Source: the human T2T-CHM13v2.0 reference genome, Homo sapiens. From it: a stretch of DNA of 64,000 bases. The translations under genes and the position numbers were made by a program. Positions 1 to 14,795 of the stretch are shown here, in pieces. The notes below the pieces were generated by a model. That model did not search any database, was not told the origin of the DNA, and saw only the letters and a list, made by a program, of their open reading frames with translations. The stretch lies in assembly GCF_009914755.1 (NCBI RefSeq), contig NC_060939.1. One strand, given 5' to 3'. The stretch's first letter is position 1. Each line of letters begins with the position of its first letter.

Positions 1-1276
1 AAAAATAAGATTTTAACAGGTAGGAATAAGCATCATCAATCAGATCATGGATTTCAATTTTTTTGCATAGTTTACATGTTGAGGTGATTTAATCTTTTGA
101 AGAAAACTAAGGAATCTCATCCTCTTATAAAATGTTAGATATTAGAAATAACTTGTCCAATCCTATATTTTTATAGTTGAGGAAATGGCTACCCAGTGAC
201 GTACCCAAGCTTTCTGGTGGCACGGCCAGTGCCAGATCCCAGGCCTCCTGACTCCATTCAGTGCACTGTACCATGCCTTAAACCATACTGGAGCCACTTG
301 GGGAGTTTAAAAACTTTTATGCTTCTCTTATCCCCAGACCTTTTGATTTAATTGGTATGGGTTAGAACTTGGTCATTGGAAGTTTTAAACACGCCCCAGG
401 TGATTCATGCATCATAGTCTGGGAACCTCTACTCCAAAAAGAATTAGTGTGCTTGAGGAATTGGAACTAGAGTGAAATCAGTGGTACAGACTTCTATCCG
501 TTATGATTCCTTAATCACTTATTTGGCTGGGTTTTATCAGAGTAGTAAGACAATTTTTTACATTGAGAAATAATTAAGATATATGCAGAGCAAAGACTTC
601 CTTAATAAAACTGTCCTTTCACTAGTATTTTGTGAGATAGCCTGTGACAAAATTTTTCCTAATCATGAAATTGGAGAACAATTTTTTGACACTAATCAGG
701 CAAGGAGAAAGTTCGTGCCATCTGTGTTGTGGCATGCTCTGCTGTTGTTTTAACTAGATAAAATTCTAATTACTGTTAAACAGATTGTTTATGAGGTTGT
801 TTTTAATATTTTAGAGCAAGTGCATAAATATAAAGAGGCAAAGAAATGGTTCCAGATTTAAAATACAGTTTCTTTAAAAGTAAATCAGAATTTGACACAC
901 TGGGTTGTTTAATTACACATTTCAGTTTGGGTCCTTGGTACTGCAATGTTGCAAGGCATATGAAATTTGCAGTTTGTTACAACTATTCTGTTGTGTCGTT
1001 TTATACTTTTGGATATAAAGCTGACCAAACATTCTAACTAGAAAATACTAATTCATGATTGATAAGTGGCATTTTGTTTCTACATATTGTTCTTTTAAAC
1101 AAGGTCTTTCTTTGATAATGACAGATGTAGGGAATATGAAGCAGAAGAGGTAAGAATAGGAGATTATGATCAGATCAAAGCATTTCAGAATGTTAAATCT
1201 TTTATTGAACCAGTATCAGGGTGTTGACAAGAAAAGCTATATATTTGGGTTGCTAGAGTAGAAGCGATAAGGGGCA

Positions 1277-1848
1277 TATTAGTTTTCTATTGCTACCATC
1301 ATAAATCAATACAAACTTGGTAGCTTAAACAGAAAGCTTTTTAATCTTACAGTTCTGTGAGTCAGTAGGCCAATCCAGGTCTCATTGGGTTAAAATAAAA
1401 ATTTCAGCATGGCCATGTTCCTTTCTGGAGGCTGTAGGGCAAGATCAGTTTCCTTGCTTATATGAGGTTTTGGTAGAATTCACTTCCTTGTGGTTGTAGC
1501 ATTTGTCTTGATCAGAGCCCTTTCTAGCACCTACATTCCACCCTCGTTCCCTGGCATGTGGCCCTCCTTCATCTTCAAAGCCAGTAACAAAGGTCAAGTC
1601 CCTCTCAAGCTTCCAGTATTTCCTTCTCCTTTGATTTAAACTCTCTGATCCACCTTCTGTCTTCCTCTTCCACTTTAAAAGCCTCATGTGATGAGATTGG
1701 GCCTACCTGGATAATACAGAGTAATCTCTCCCATCTCAAGTTCCTTAACCTTAATTACAACTGCAAGTCCCTTTTGCCATGTAAGGTAACTTAGGTTCCA
1801 GTGCTTAAGGGCACAGACATCTTTGGAGGGCCATTGTTCTGCCTGTCA
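1277..1848 (-). mobile_element. MLT1 MaLR LTR
   Basis: MLT1 motifs (cttacagttctg, ttcctttctggaggctgtaggg, ttaattacaactgcaagtcccttttgccatgtaaggtaac, gggccattgttctgcct). Confidence 0.75.
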
Positions 1849-2484
1849 AAGAGGGCTAGATCACTGGAGTCAAGGAAGCCAAGTGTCAGTATTGACATAG
1901 CTGTTGAAAGTCTTCATTTATACAACAAATTTTTTTTAGTGCTTGCTGTGTCTAGTCATTGTAGTAGGCACTGGGGCTATTGTGGTAAACAAGACAGACA
2001 TAGTATCTGCCCTTGCCTATCTAGCAGTATACTTATAAAAACAAGTAAAACATATAGCATTGCTTTATAAAGAATTCTTCATGTATTCCATATTTATGTA
2101 AGCTCTTTGAAAGCCAGTACTAGTGTTCTTTGTTTTGGCCCTTTCCTCATCCCATCACTACAGCAGTGTTTTACATACTAGATGCTTAACAGATACTGTT
2201 AACAAAGGCTTACTTTGTTTTTTCTTTGCATTGAGTTAGAAACCTCATTTATCTCTCTTTTTTTCTATTTTCTGCTTCAAAAGCAGTGAGGAATTTTGAG
2301 TTCAAAAATCCAGACTTAGAGGACAATTTAAGATTTAATCAGATACCCACTGAGGAATTTTTAAAAAGTCCTTAAGAATGACCATGTACTCCATTTTACT
2401 TTTCTTGGTAAAGACTCTAAAGTGCTAAAGGCAGCTCTGTTTTGCTTTTTCCTCCTCCTCCTCCTATTATTATTATTACTGTTA

Positions 2485-2818
<334 letters not shown>

Positions 2819-4811
2819 TAAAAAAAAAAATCAACAGTTGCTTTAAACCAGTATTCACCTATAGTGAAGAACTGCCAACTCAGAAGCAAATTAAAATAAA
2901 TTTTTCAATATGGCTTTTCTGAGATAGATAGACTTTTAAAATAATGGAAGAGATTTACTATCTGTTGGTCACTGCTCTCAGAGCTTCTATCTTCCTCATA
3001 TACAATTCTCTCTTGTGCTCCCACTGTGTGCCGAGTGTGGGTCTACCCTTCATGGAAAAACTGCGGTATTCTTACCAATCATTAAATGCCTTCTAAAAGA
3101 CAGTTATTTGTAGTTTTCTTAGTGATAGTCCTGGTTACAATTCTGTATCATGTAGTTTCCCAATGTAGCAATAGGAAACTTCAGTAATGGTGGATTGGAG
3201 TAAGCATAGGTATATGAGATTTATAGTCTACACAGGCATTGATTTCAATCATAGAACTTTTTATCAGAACTATTAGCAAGTGGTTAAATATACTTGTAAC
3301 ACAGGTTTGGGCTACATAGTGTTAAGTGTCACATGAGGCCTTCTTAATTTCAGTACATACCAAGTTCTCCATCCCAAATCCCTTCTTGATTCTTTGATGA
3401 TTTAACATTATTTATGGATAATTTCTTATTCTGACCTTTAATGTTTCTAAACAAATAGCCTAAATATATTTTATATAAAACTTCATTTCTGAAAGAAGAA
3501 CTTTTGGAATAATGGGTGGAAAGTTCATTTGATTTGCTTAAGTGTAGAGAAGGCTATTGTGATATTTAAGTTTGGATGATACTAATTTGGGTGAAGGAAA
3601 GTAGTAGCTACTTTTATAGAGATAGGTGGTTCAATCTTTAAAATGTTACTAGGTAATGTTGATTTCTGTGAACTTAGCATTTCAGTGGCCAGTAAGGTAA
3701 AGCATCCTGTTGGGTTTAGTTCATATGTAAAAATTCTTATTAATTGGCAACTTTTGAAGAGAGCTGGAAGTTTAACTGTGAATGGTGTAATACTAATTAA
3801 CTGAAGTTTTCTTGATTCTTTGAAAAAGATGGGAAAAAACTCCTGTGTTTATGGACATTAAAATATAGTAGTGACTTAAACACACGCAATGCTACAGAGA
3901 GAAGAGACAGGAAATTTACTAACCTACTGAAACTTTTGACAGGTGCAGTGCATCTTTGGAAGTCAGATTTTGATTATTATTAATAAAACAGCCTTTGTTT
4001 AGTAAGTTGAACATCAAGTGAGAAGATTACATGGAGCAGTAAGCATACAGATTTGCAATAGGTACTCCATTCAGTGGGTTTTAATGGGTGTCAAAACTAA
4101 ACTGACCTTAGTGAATTATAGCTACTGCACACACATGGCTTCAGTTAGAAAGGATATGGTACCAGGTAATGTCATCAGTTTTTCCAAATGTGTTCCTGGG
4201 GAAAATAACCTAAATTCTTGAAGCAGATCATTTAACTTATAATTGGATGTAATATTATGACAAGAAAAGGCCTTAAGGCAAAAACTGTTCCTTATAGAGG
4301 CTTTTTGTTTTTCATTTGAAATTAGTGCAGTTGCTGATTGGCTTTAAAAAAAACCCTCATATTCTTTTAAATATAATAATCTGAAGGTGTTGCTAAATTT
4401 ACTAGCCCAACTGAGAAACAACAGTATCCTTAAAAACAAATAATTGAGTTTAGGTTAAATGGAAATAGTTGGCTAAATATGATTTTTAAAAATAATACCT
4501 AAGGTACATGTAGGAACCAGATAGATTAAATAACATGATAGAAAGTGTTCAGAAGAGGTAGTACTTTTATACTTAGTTTTAAAAAATTTAAATTCCTCTA
4601 CTATGTAGATTTTTATATTTTGTGACCACATGCATGTATAGTATAGTAATAATTCACTGTAAGCTTGTAGTGTACTATATTAGTTGAAGTACGATAAAGA
4701 AATTCTTGCAGAAGAGTAGAAATACTTCTGAAATACTGTGTTTTCCAGCTTGCATTCCTCATCCTACTTATTCAAATAAAGCGACTATTTTTTCCCTGAT
4801 AAAAAAGTTAG

Positions 4812-5185
<374 letters not shown>

Positions 5186-5544
5186 TAATCATATTCCTCT
5201 CCCTGACCAACAATGTGGAATTCTCTACTGACTGTAAATCAGTATTTTTAAAAGAGCTTTAATGAAAGTTCTTTAATGATACCACTAAGCAGATGTCAGG
5301 ATTTACTTTTCAATTAGGTGGTATAGTGGTGATGAGCAGATCAGACTCCTTTGCAGGTGATACATTGCTTAGGGGAACTGACATTTAGACCATTGATCCC
5401 TCTAGTGATTTTACATGTCACGACTGAGCTATTTGTCACTTGCTCTATCTGAAAAGTAGGCAGAATAAACAAGAGGATTTTTACAGACTATAAGATCCAA
5501 ACTAAATAATCCTGAAAAGGCCTTTGATTTAAAATTCTTTTAAG

Positions 5545-8500
5545 TATCATAAATTTTATTTTTTTAAATGAACATGCAGTAAAACTGACTTTTCCTATGT
5601 ATAGTTGATATATTTCAACATGTATAGATTTATCTAACCACCATCACAGTCAATATCCAGAATAGTTTCCTTAGCTCAAAAAACTCCTGTGTTATCCCTG
5701 TGTAGTTGTGCTCCCCCCCACCCCTCAATACCTGGTAACTCTGCCATTTTACTTTTGTCTTTTCAAAAATGGTCATGAAGTGGAATAATAGAGCATGAAG
5801 CCATTTAAGACTGTTACATATCCATTTACTCAGCATATGCCTTATAAGATTCATATAAGTTGTTCTGTGTATTGATATTTTATTCCTTTTTATTACTGAG
5901 TAGTATTCAGTTGTATGGATGTACCACAGTTTGTTTATAAGTTTATTAATTGGAGGACATTTGAGTTGTTTCCAGTTTTTAGCTATTTTGAATAGAGCTT
6001 CTATAAACATTTGTGTATAGGATTTTGTGCAAATGAGTTCTCATTTCTTTTGGGTAAAAATACATAGGTATGGGATTGGTGGGTCATATGGTAAATATTT
6101 ATTGTCAAGAAATTGACAAACTGTTTTCTAAAATGGCTGTTTCCACTTTGTATTTCCATCAGCAATGTATGAGTGTTCTAGTTGTTCTGCACAGTTGTCA
6201 GCACTTGGTATGTTCAATCTTTTTCATTTTAGCCATTCTAATAGATTTGTAGTGGTACCTGATAATGAGTTTCATTTTTCACTTTCCTGATAGCTAGTGA
6301 TGTTGCGCATTTTGTCGTATGTTTTGTTATATTCTCTTTGGTGAAGGATCTATTCAGGTCCTTTGACCATTAAAAACAACCTTTTTATTTTGGTAGAAGT
6401 TTAGGTGTATAGAAGAGTTACAAAGATAATACAAAGAGTTTTATATTCCTTTATATTCCTCACACAGCTTGCCATAATAATAACAGTTTACAAAACCAAG
6501 TGCATTTTTCAAAACCAAGAAACCAACAGGTACCTTACTACCAACCAAACTCCAGATTCCAAATTGAGATTTTGCCAGATTTTCCACTGGGTCTCCTGTT
6601 CTTGAATCCATTCCAGTATTACATGTTACATTTGTTATCTCTCCCTAAATCTCCTATAGTCTATGACAGTTTCTGTGCCTTTCTTTGTTTTTCATAAACT
6701 TGATAGTTCTGAGTACTAGTACCAGTCAGATATTTTGCAGAGTGTCTCTCAATTTGTGTTTGTCTGATGCTTTTCTTGTGATTAGACTGAGGTTATGAGT
6801 TTTAGGAAGAATACACAGAGGGAAATGCCCTTTTCCTCACATCTTATCAAAGTGCATGATGACAGCATTACTTGGCTAAGGTACTGTTTATCAGATTTCC
6901 TCACTGTAAAGTCGATATTTTTGTCTTTTTGTATTATATTCTTTAGAAATGAGTTGCTAATTTCAGCCCACAATCAAAAGGGTGGGAGATTGTTTCATCT
7001 TATGGATAGGGTATATCTATATGTTATTAAGTTTTCTTCTGTAAGTAAGCCTTTGTCCCTTCTCTTCCATTTATTTATTCAGTCATTTATATCAATATGT
7101 ATACTTATTTTATACATTGGCTTATAATTCAATACTATGTTATTTTGTTGCTAAAATTGTTCCAGTGTTGGTCCCTGTATTCCTTTGACATGTCCCGTCC
7201 TTTTCTTTTTTGAATACTTCCTTAATTTCTGGTACTACAAGATACTCCAGGCTTATCATATATTTTCTCTGCCCTACCCCTAGAATCAGCCATTTCCACC
7301 AGGAGCCCTGGTTTCTTGTGTTGGAGAATTGTGTTTAGATCCATTGTCTCTCTGGGTACTGGATATACTTGTTGATGCAGGGGTATCACCATTTCAAGGC
7401 CTTCTCAGAGGATAGAGCTAGGAAATAATACATTTGTATATTAATCATGTATTTATGTACATCTATAATTGTTTCTGTACCTATTTGTATTATATATTTT
7501 GCTGTATATATATTATATGTTAAGTTCATACTGATGTCTGTGACTAATCCAGTACCACAGGGTTCATTCTAGGCTTCCCCACTTTGCTTATCTGTAACTT
7601 TCCTTTCTAACAGAAACCTGGCCTTATCCATTTACTTGTTTGTTCCATCTCAGTAAAGCAAGTTCACAATTGTTAACCAGTACCCCTGTGAGAAATAAAT
7701 TTACCCTACCCCCTTTAGTTGGGTTATGCCATTCATTTATAATACAGCCAGATTCATTTGTCATGGACTGCATTCTATCTTAAAATTCCCCCAGCATCTT
7801 TGTTGATTTTTTAAAATTTGCATACATTAAAGTTCAGTCTTTGTGATGTGCGGTTCTGTGGGTTTTGACAAATGCATAACGTCATGTATACACCACCTCA
7901 GTGTCATACAGAACAACTTCATCACACTAAAAAATTTCTCCATGCATCCCCTTTGTAGTCAGCCACTACTCCATACCCCAACTCCTCTCCTGACAACCAA
8001 AATCTCCTGTAGTTTTGCATTTTCCATTGTGTCATCTGAATGCAATCGTATAATATATTGCTTTTGGATCTGACTTCTTTCATTTAGAAAAATACATTTA
8101 AGGTTTATTCATATTGTTTCATGAATCAAATAGTTCATTCCTTTTCATTTCTGCATAGTATTTTATTGTATAGGAATACCACAGTTTGTTTATCCATTCA
8201 CCCGGACATTTTGGTTGCTTCCAGGTTTTGGTGATTATGAATAAAGCTTCATTAAATATTGGTGTATAGGTTTTTGTCTGAATACAAGTTTTCAGTTCAG
8301 TTTAGTAAGTATCTAGAAGTTTGACTGCTGTGTCATATGATAAATGTATACTTAGCTCTGTTAGAAACTGCCAAACTGTCTTTCAGGTGGTTGTGCCATT
8401 TTTTATTTCCACCAGTAATGAATGAGATTTCCTATTGCTCTGTATCTTTAGCAGCATTTGGAATTACCAGTTGTTTTTGTTTGTTTGTTTGTTTGTTTTT

Positions 8501-10835
8501 TAAGCTATTCTAATCATGTACTTTTGCTCATATTTAAATTATATTGTTTTCTTACTGTTGAGTTTTGAGTGTTCTATATATTTGTTGGACAGAAGTCCTT
8601 TGTTCCATAAGCGATTTGCAGGTATTATCTCCCTGTCAGTAGCTTGTCCTTATGTTATGTTAAAGATACCTTTCCAGAGCATAAATTTTTAATTTTGTTG
8701 AAGTCCAATTTATAACTTTTAATTTTATGGATTATGTTTTTGATGTCATATCTCAGAACTCTGCTTAACTTCAGGTAACAAAGATTTTCTTCTTCTTTGT
8801 CATTTTCTAGGTACAAGTTTTACAGTTTTATATTTTACATTTAAGTTTGAGTGAATTTTTGTATAACATGAGGGTTTAGGTGAAATTTTATTTTTTTCTT
8901 TGCATATGGATGCACAGTTGTTCCAACACCATTTGTTGAAAAGACAATCCTTTCCTCACTATATGTCTTTGAACCTTTGACAAAAATCAGTTGACCCTGT
9001 TTGTGTGGATATATTTGTGAACACTCTATTCTTTTCCATTGATTGATCTCTCCCTTCAGCAATATCACATTGTCTTGGTAAGTAGCTTAAAGCCTTAAAA
9101 TTAGGTAGTATAATTCCTTCAACTTTATTCATTTTAAAAATAGTTTTGTCTTCTCTAGTTCTTTTGCCTTTCCATAATAATCTTGGAATCAGCTTGTCTA
9201 TAACTACAAAAAATCCTGGAATTTTGATTGGAGTTGCATTAAATTTCTAGACCAGTTTGGGGAGAATTGACATCTTTACAATGTTGAGCTTTCTGATCTA
9301 TGAACACAGGATATCTTTCTACTTACTCAGATTTTCCTGATGCATACATCAGCATTTCGTTGTTGTTAGCATATAGCTCTTGTACATGTTCTAATATGTT
9401 TATGCTCAAGTATTTGTTTTTTATGGAGCTATTTTGAACGGTATTATTTTTAAATGTGAGGGTTCCAAATTGTTCATTGTTAATGTACAGAAATGTGATT
9501 GATGTTGACCTTTTCTCCCCAATCTTTCTCTATGTTCAGATTGGATCATTTTTATTCATCTGTAGTAAGTTCACTGACTTTTTCTTCTGTCGTCTTCATT
9601 CGGCTATTGAGCTCATTTAGTGAGCTTTTTATTTTGGTTATTGGTATTTTTCCACTTCTAAAATTTCCATTTGGTTCTTCTTTTATCTTCTATTTTTTTT
9701 TCTGAGTTTATCTCTGTTTCAAGAATGTTTGCACTTACTTGTTAAAGCATTCTGTAATAATGGCTCTAAATATCTTTAATATCTTAGATAATTTTAATAT
9801 CTTTGTTTTCTTGATGTTAGTATTTTTCCTGTGCAAGTTGAGTTTTTTTGATTCCTTGTATACCTAGTAATTTTGGATTATGTCCTGGACATTTGACTAT
9901 TATGTTAGGAGACGTTGGGTCTTGTTTAAATACTATGCAAAATGTTGATATATTTGTTTTAGTAGACAGTCAACCCAGTTAGAGTCACACTGCAAATTTC
10001 TGTGGATTGTAGTTACAACATCAGTTTGATTTTCAAAACTTTTGCCATATTACTTGGTTCTGTCCCACATGTGTACCACCCATTGCCAGTCTGGAACTTG
10101 AGGGGTGGTCTGTTCATAATTCTCAAAGTCTGTGTATGTTTGTTTGGGTCAGATGTATGCATGTGCCACTCGAGGGTGAGTCCAGGAGTTCATAAAACAA
10201 CTTTGAGGTGTTGCTCTCCCATGTTCCTTGTCTGTGATCTCCCAGTAATTTCTAATTCTGCATGGCTCCCCTTTTCTGATCAGAAAGTGGATCTTTATCC
10301 CTCTTTAATGTTCACTCCCTGCAGCTGTGCCCATATTCAGGGCCAAGTGGCAGGAGGACAGAGAGAGAAGCAAAAGGGATTCACCACATCCTCTTGGGAC
10401 CACAGCTTCTGTGATCAGAGAGGTAGATTCCCTCTCTCAGAGTTTTAGTTCTTAGTAACCTCCATTGCCACTGCTGCCACAGCTGTGATGGGTGGCTGGG
10501 CTTGAGAGAGTGAAGAGAGAAAAAAACGGGGGGATTTGCACACTTCCTTGTGAGTCCTAAGAGACCCCTTTCCCTCTCTCAAGCCAGAGGTAGAGGGCTT
10601 CTCCTGAAGCTTTCCATTTGGGCTGTATTATGTTCAGTCTGGATGAAAGCAGAGGTGGAAATAAATGGTAAACCTGTGGTTGCTTCAGTGGTACATCAAA
10701 TTCTGGTTGTTTTAATCGGCCTGCTACTGTTACTTTTCAAAGTTCCTTAGTAGTTGTTCCATGCATTCTGTCCAGGTCTTATAGCTACATTAACTTGTTG
10801 GCATGTGATTACCCCATCTTATCTGGAACTGGAAG
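5545..10835 (-). mobile_element. Composite of nested old L1M fragments (3'UTRs, ORF2 C-terminus, ORF1/5'UTR)
   Basis: Minus-strand ORFs MFIEALFKIAKNWKQLKCP..LWYIHTTEYYS and INQWKRIEC..QLIF are L1 ORF2 C-terminal sequence. An L1M-like 5' end lies near 10810-10835. Confidence 0.8.
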
Positions 10836-10867
10836 CTGACTTAAGGTTTTCAATTTTGTTTCTCTAG

Positions 10868-10958
10868 GAATTTGACAAGAAACTGAAGTTTTGATTCAGA
10901 TATATTTTGAATTGAAACCAGAGATGTTCTAGAGTTTAGATTCTTTCATTTGATTAAG
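10868..10958 (+). other. GLCE: GLCE non-coding 5'UTR exon (91 nt)
   Basis: Branch-like CTGAC at 10836-10840, pyrimidine tract ttttcaattttgtttctctAG ending 10867, and strong donor AAG|GTAAGA. The sequence is unique, and 91 nt fits my recollection of the GLCE leader exon. Confidence 0.8.
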
Positions 10959-11093
10959 GTAAGATTGTTTGATAAAATTTAATCATACCTTTACTGTACG
11001 TTTTCAGTGATGTGCTAGAATTTAGATTGTTTCATTTGATTAAGGTAAGATTGTTTAATAAAATTTAATTATACCAATACTATGCATTTTTAG
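10923..11093. repeat. Two-copy tandem duplication (period 86 bp) covering the 3' end and donor of the UTR exon
   Basis: tttcatttgattaaggtaagattgttt is identical in both copies; donors follow 10958 and 11044. Confidence 0.9.
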
Positions 11094-11294
11094 ACTTATA
11101 TTTTAATGTGTATTTGATTAACACATTTAAATTTCCCAGTCTAATCTGAGATTCTGACCTCAGGAAATATTTTCATGGTTTCTTTACCACTTAAATAGCT
11201 AATGTTCCTTGTAACAACTACTAGATTCAAGGGAAACATGATTATACATTCACTGGAAGTGTTATAGACTGATATCAAATCTGTTTGCCTAGAG

Positions 11295-11493
11295 CAGGAG
11301 TCAGCAAACTATGGCCTATGGGCCAGCCACCTATTTTGGTAAATAAAGTTTATTGGAACACAGTCACACCCACTTAATACATATTGTGTGTGGCCATCTT
11401 AGCACTACATTGGCAGAGTTTTTAGTTGGAACAGTGTCTGTATGGCCCACAAGCCTAAAATCTGGCCCTTTTAGGAAAGTTTGCTGACCCTTG
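11295..11493 (+). mobile_element. MER58A (hAT-Charlie) MITE
   Basis: TIRs caggagtcagcaaact / agtttgctgacccttg, with 8-bp TSD gcctagag / gcctagaa. Confidence 0.85.
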
Positions 11494-14400
11494 GCCTAGA
11501 AAACTGAAGCAGGGTATCTTATTCTGCTATGTAATTATAATACATGAAATGGTAGCTAACTGATTTTAGTTGTCAGTAAGGCTTGTTGTATGAAAACTTA
11601 TTAGAGATTTAAATATGCATATAAGTATATGTGCAGATACAGGAACTCTAATTTCTTGAAGTGAAGGGTCTGTATTATTTCTTGGGAGGTGCTAGTTTTC
11701 TGAAGTAATTGATTTTTAAAATAAGACTTAATGTTAGCAGTTAAATACTATGCTTATTTTTTAAGTAGAAGCCTTCATTTTGCTTAGATTTTCAAAAATA
11801 AAAGTTTATATGATAAAGGTCAAGCTTGTTCTCATTCTAAAAACTATTCACACGAATGTATTTGATTATATTTGTCTCTCCTACTAAATTTAAACTGAAC
11901 AAATAATATTTTGAGAGTGATGATTGTGTGTTTTTAATATCTGTTCTAGTAGTGCAAATGGTTTAGCATATATGAACTTAAATGAAAACTTGCTAATATA
12001 GAACTACATTTAGTGGCTAAAGTTGGAGTTACGTTTCTCTCTGAGGTTTAAATGGAAACGCTTACACTTGTTTGTGATTCCTAAAATTATTAGTGTTTAA
12101 ATAAACATAAGATAGAAGGAGAAAATAAAATTGGAGCCTAGAAAGTCTATAAAATCTTTGCTACCCTCCTCAGAAGTCTCTTGGCTGAAGAAAAAAAAAA
12201 GTATATTTTAAAAACATGCCATATAAGTTAGAATTTCCAACCAATATCATAAAGGAATTTCTCTGTTCAGGGCACCAAAATTAGAAACAAATTATTTTTG
12301 CTATTTCCCATGTAATTTTAAGAAAATAAAGTAAGCTTCTAAAATCTTCATCTCATAAAGAATGATTATTTGATTTGAAAACAGCCTCTTATATCCTGCA
12401 TAACCTGAAATATATTTGGTTTCCTAATAGACTTGTGTGAGGTATCTTTGCTTTCATTTTCATAAAGTCAATTTAAAACTTTTTAAAATTTACTTTTTAA
12501 AGGAGGGAATCTGGAAACTTATCAGAAAGAAAATACTTTGCATCTTTTTGTGCCATCACACATTTTATATTTAAATCAGTATGGATTTAGAATTTGAGTG
12601 CTTATACATTTGAATTATGAAAGATGATAAAATTAAGCTGCAGAAGGGATGGAAATCTTGATAGCTTTAATATGTTAATGAGGCCACCTTAGCATTGTGT
12701 GTGTTTAGCTGTGGAGAGTATCTGATTTGTATACTAAGACTTAGGAATAAAATAATCAATTTCTTACGAATAAGTAAAATTTCCTCTTAAATGATGGATG
12801 ATATAAGAAGGTAATGCTAACATTTTTTGCATCTATTAAAATCATATCTTAAGACATCTTTTTTTAATTTCCCTGATTTGTGTTCTAGTTGTGGTACTTA
12901 AAAGTAAAACAAGGGGAAATAAACTCATAGGAAAGTTTATACTTTGATTTTCTCTTTCATATAATCTTAGATTATTTAGATTTTTCTAACAGCATAAAAT
13001 ATTTCATTATAAAATCAAATACTGAGTCATTGCCAATTTGATAGTATCATTGAAATTAAATATGTGTACTTTAAAGACAGGCATAGGATTTTTTCTTTTA
13101 ATTGAATATACTGCTTATCTTTTAAAGTATATGTGGCTAGATAAGAAAGGACCTGAATGGACTTGATTTGGAATTTTCTCTGTTCATGTCTTTGAAGGTA
13201 TTCAGACTAAAAGAGAATGTCAGCTTTTTAACTTTGTAAAACCTGGTCCATATTACCGCATAGCTGTTAGTTACAGTAGCTATTTGCAATGTTGAATTTT
13301 TGAGATGAGTATTTTTACTGCTAACGATGTGGACATGTGTATTATTTTCATATAACTGTCAGGGCAGTAAAGAAACTAGTTAGGAAGTCAACCTCCAAGA
13401 TTTATCCTCATAGGAGACAGTGTTAAAAATCTTACTTTAGTTGACCACTATGGGGTTTTCTTTAAAATGTTAAATAATGTTTTCGAATAATTTGGTTTTT
13501 GTACCCATTTTATCTTCTACCAAATAAATTTAAAAAAATCAAGTTTATACACGTAATTTGCTATCAAGAAAGGTATACTGCATTTGAAGGAGAAGAATAA
13601 CGTCTCTTTTTCTCTTGTTTAAAGCTCTTGAAAAAAATTTTATTTTGAAATAATTTTAGATGTACAAATAAGTTACAATGATAATATAGTACAGAGAGTT
13701 TTTTTAATATTCATTACTCAGCTTACCCTCATGTTAACATCTTACATAACCATGGTATAATGATCAGAACTAAATAATCAATAATGACTTACTAAAACTA
13801 CAGACCTTATTAGAATTTCACCAGTTTTTCCACTAATGTTCTTTTTCCAGGATCCCATATTACATTTAGTTGTGTTTTTCCTTAGTCTCCTCCAATCTGA
13901 CAGTTCCTTAGTCTTTCCGTGTCTCTCATGATTTTCACACTTTGAAAGACTCCTGGTCAGGTATTTTTGTAGAATGTCATTCAATTAGAGTTGAGTTTCT
14001 CTGATGTTTCCTCATAACTAGATTGAAGTTACAGATTTTGAGACAGAATACCACGGAGGTGATGTGCCTTTCTCAGCACACAATATCAGAAGCCACGTGG
14101 TGTCAGAATGTCCTATTACTGGTAATGTTAACCTTGATCACTTGATTATGGTGGTGTCTATCAGATTTCTCTATTAAAAAGTTAATACTTTTCCCTTAAT
14201 TAGTAAATATTTGGGGGAAAATGCTTTGAGGCTTCAAAAATATCTTGTTTTTCCTTAAATTTTTGGCCACTAATTTTAGCATTTATAGGTAGATCTTGCC
14301 TGCAGCTTCTGTGGTGTTTTAGTGGTGATTTTCTATTCTCCGTATTTCCTCTACATTTATCAATTATAATTCTTCTGTAATACAGAGTAGTCCCTGCTCA

Positions 14401-14795
14401 CATTTATTTACTTAATCATTTACTTATATCAGTGTGAACTCATAGATATTTATTTTATTCTCTGGATTAGAATCAAAATTCTGTTGTTATTTATTTTGTT
14501 GCTCAAATTGTTCCAGCTTCAGCCACTGGGAGTGCTTTTCAACACGTCATTGTCTTTTTCTTTTCTTTCTTTTTTTTAAAGCAATTCCTTACTTTCTGAC
14601 TTTATGAGATGCTTCAGGCTCATCTTGTATTTTCCCTGCTTTAGTCCTGAAATCACTTACCTCTCCAAGGAACCCAGGTCCAACTTATTGGAGAATAGTA
14701 TTTAGAAACCAGCATCTGGGTGCTAGGTATGTTCATTGCTACCGAGGAGTTACTGCTTTTAGGCCTTTCAGGAGTCAGAGTTAGGAAATGTATAC

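Noticed and set aside
10002-10835. 148-aa ORF and an L1 antisense promoter driving the adjacent UTR exon
   Set aside because: The sequence is a heavily decayed, CpG-depleted old L1M 5' region. The antisense promoter is established for young primate L1s, and nothing here supports activity.
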